A DNA stretch of 46,986 bases, taken from an uncultured Candidatus Saccharibacteria bacterium (lineage in GTDB: Bacteria; Patescibacteriota; Minisyncoccia; UBA6257; Colwellbacteraceae). The DNA lies in the NCBI GenBank assembly GCA_964348915.1, contig CAYGEM010000001.1, positions 79,396 through 126,381 on the forward strand. Reading direction: 5' to 3'. The notes beneath the pieces were generated by a model. It was given only the letters and a program-made list of their open reading frames with translations. It was not told the origin of the DNA and ran no database searches. The position numbers were made by a program, and so were the translations under genes. Below, piece by piece: positions 45,411-46,986 of the stretch; position 1 is the first letter of the stretch; each line of letters starts with the position of its first letter.

Positions 45411-45854
45411 TCATGCGAGTAAAAAGCGCGACTTCTCGGCTTCTTCTCTAACCCGAAAAAGATACTCTCGCCTGACTATGGCAAGAGTCCCGGGAGAAAC
45501 AAGCCGAGAGAGGGTCTCCACCACGGGCCCCCACTTCTTAAGCCGCTGGAGGGCGGCCCCCGCCGGATCATCCGGGGCGTCCTCGAGAGAGCACCCGGCG
45601 GTTGACGCCCGTCTCTCCTCTCCAAAGAGAGGGGAGTTCAGGGGAAGGGGGTAGATAGCATTTACCCCCATCGCCCGGAGAAGGTCCCCCACCTCGGAGG
45701 GAAGCCTCCCCCAATGGTAGGAGGTGCCATCCCTCCATTCAAGGGACACCAACCTGCTGGAGGGAAGCATTACTCCCCTGAGAGCTCCTCCCCCGGCGAA
45801 GGCGCGAAACGGAATCTTGACGGGGATAATCTTTACCGCCATTTTTTCGGCCAC
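45411..45854 (-). CDS. hypothetical protein (ORFan, about 147 aa)
   Basis: GGAGGAGGTG SD 5 nt before GTG at 45854; GC-rich; own terminator. Confidence 0.65.
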   Translation of the reverse strand: MAEKMAVKIIPVKIPFRAFAGGGALRGVMLPSSRLVSLEWRDGTSYHWGRLPSEVGDLLRAMGVNAIYPLPLNSPLFGEERRASTAGCSLEDAPDDPAGAALQRLKKWGPVVETLSRLVSPGTLAIVRREYLFRVREEAEKSRFLLA

Positions 45855-45955
45855 TTTTTCACCTCCTCCCGCTATCAGGTCCCAAAGCCGCCACCCTTGG
45901 GTATTGCAAAGGTACAAGTACTATTTAAAGAAAAACATAAATTATAGTTAATGTC

Positions 45956-45995
45956 AAAAACTAAAAGAGCGAGGTTTATCCCCCAACCTCGCTTT
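45956..45995 (-). terminator. intrinsic terminator
   Basis: AGCGAGGTT-GGGGGATA-AACCTCGCT then CTTTTAGTTTTT on the minus strand. Confidence 0.7.
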
Positions 45996-46009
45996 CCAAT
46001 CCTGTCTGT

Positions 46010-46171
46010 TCAAGGCCTTTCACATTCCTTTTCCCAAACCTCACGTTTTTCAACGATCGTACCAAAAAGTGAGTTTCTTATCGTTTTCTCGCCCCCCGTT
46101 TTTTTATTCCATTCTTTTTCGCAAACCTCACTTCTTTCAACGATCGTACCAAGAAATGAGTTTTTAATCAC
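46010..46171 (-). CDS. small protein (53 aa) made of two repeats with a 29-aa period
   Basis: MIKNSFLGTIVERSEVCEKEWNKKTGGEKTIRNSLFGTIVEKREVWEKECERP; 87-bp DNA period; terminator follows. Confidence 0.45.
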   Translation of the reverse strand: MIKNSFLGTIVERSEVCEKEWNKKTGGEKTIRNSLFGTIVEKREVWEKECERP

Positions 46172-46210
46172 CCGTCCTATCTACCTCTGCTTCTGCACCG
46201 CAATATTTTG

Positions 46211-46915
46211 TCAAATCATTGCCTGTTCTCTCATTTCGTTCGGCATTTTTTCGACGGCGTAGCGAAGGGCTACCCGCGGCATTTTGTCTTTATTCCTCAT
46301 CACGTATTCAAATACTTCTTGGCTATAAATATTGCTTGCTTCTTTCAGCATCCAGCCGTAACCTTTTCGGACCAAATCGTCTTCGTCCTCCAGAAGAATG
46401 TCGGCAACCCAAAAGGCGTTTTCCAACGCCCGTCCTCGGCGCAAAGAATAAATAAGTGATACGGCCGAAGCGCGCCGGAGCCAACGGTTTTTTAATCTCG
46501 CCCACACCTCGGTTTTCTTCAGAAATTCCGGGTATTGAAACAAAAAATATCCCAGAGCATGAGTGGAAAAATCATCGCAAGTCCCCCAGTTCCCGATATA
46601 TTTCTTAAACCATCGCTCAAAAACCGGAAAATCGCTTTTTGTAAGTTGCTTTTTTATCCGATAGACCCAATCGAGTGCGATCGCGATTTCCTCGTTGTAA
46701 CCGGACTTTAATAATTTCTCGCAGAGCGAAAAAATCCGCTTCTTGGCCAAATTTTTAACCTCGCGGAAATATTTTCTGGATATCTCGCGAACAGCCGGCG
46801 TTTTCACGCCGTAGGTTTTGATTTTCTCTTTGAAAAATCTCTGGGCTTGTTTTTTAATCCGCGGGTCGGATTTTTGTTTCAGTTCCTTACGGATTAGAAA
46901 AAGAATCTGACGCAT
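46211..46915 (-). CDS. DNA alkylation repair protein (AlkD-like HEAT-repeat glycosylase)
   Basis: YGVKTP, NWGTCD, WLRRAS, VRKGYGWMLKE, LRYAVEK. Confidence 0.85.
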   Translation of the reverse strand: MRQILFLIRKELKQKSDPRIKKQAQRFFKEKIKTYGVKTPAVREISRKYFREVKNLAKKRIFSLCEKLLKSGYNEEIAIALDWVYRIKKQLTKSDFPVFERWFKKYIGNWGTCDDFSTHALGYFLFQYPEFLKKTEVWARLKNRWLRRASAVSLIYSLRRGRALENAFWVADILLEDEDDLVRKGYGWMLKEASNIYSQEVFEYVMRNKDKMPRVALRYAVEKMPNEMREQAMI

Positions 46916-46986
46916 AGTTAATTGTTATAATTTATGAGATTTTTATAATACCAATAAATTACTTCAATTTACATCTTCATTAAGAT

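Noticed and set aside
46023..46170. Mini CRISPR array
   Set aside because: Only two degenerate units, similarity extends across the would-be spacer, period is a multiple of 3, and no cas genes

Overview
Mostly housekeeping bacterial DNA, with almost every gene on the minus strand. It contains the dcw fragment mraZ-rsmH-ftsL-ftsI-murF, rplJL, rpsB-tsf, rpsP-khpA-trmD, smc, ychF, serS, lysS, greA, the infA to rpsI ribosomal cluster, alaS, rpoD, dnaG, ddl and gdhA. Truncated core proteins (RpoA without CTD, hinge-less SMC, short EF-Ts, L13 and AlaRS) and SD-less leaders suggest a Patescibacteria/Parcubacteria (CPR) genome; this is inference. The most unusual region is 12.0-17.5 kb, with three features. 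(1) An intact tRNA-Tyr(GTA) is nested, on its own extended stem, inside the anticodon arm of a second tRNA-Tyr-like gene, next to further tRNA fragments interrupted by short palindromes. (2) A 4.0-kb AT-rich island is bounded by a perfect 44-bp direct repeat. It encodes a CYTH protein, a guanylate-kinase-like protein, a group II PLP decarboxylase and a beta-RFAP-synthase-like GHMP enzyme, a candidate novel (C-)nucleotide pathway. (3) An unannotated small basic ORF has its own promoter and terminator. Also noted: a short palindrome inserted in-frame in YchF, perfect DnaA boxes upstream of mraZ, and several ORFans with strong SD sites. All protein calls come from motif recognition by eye; no searches were run.
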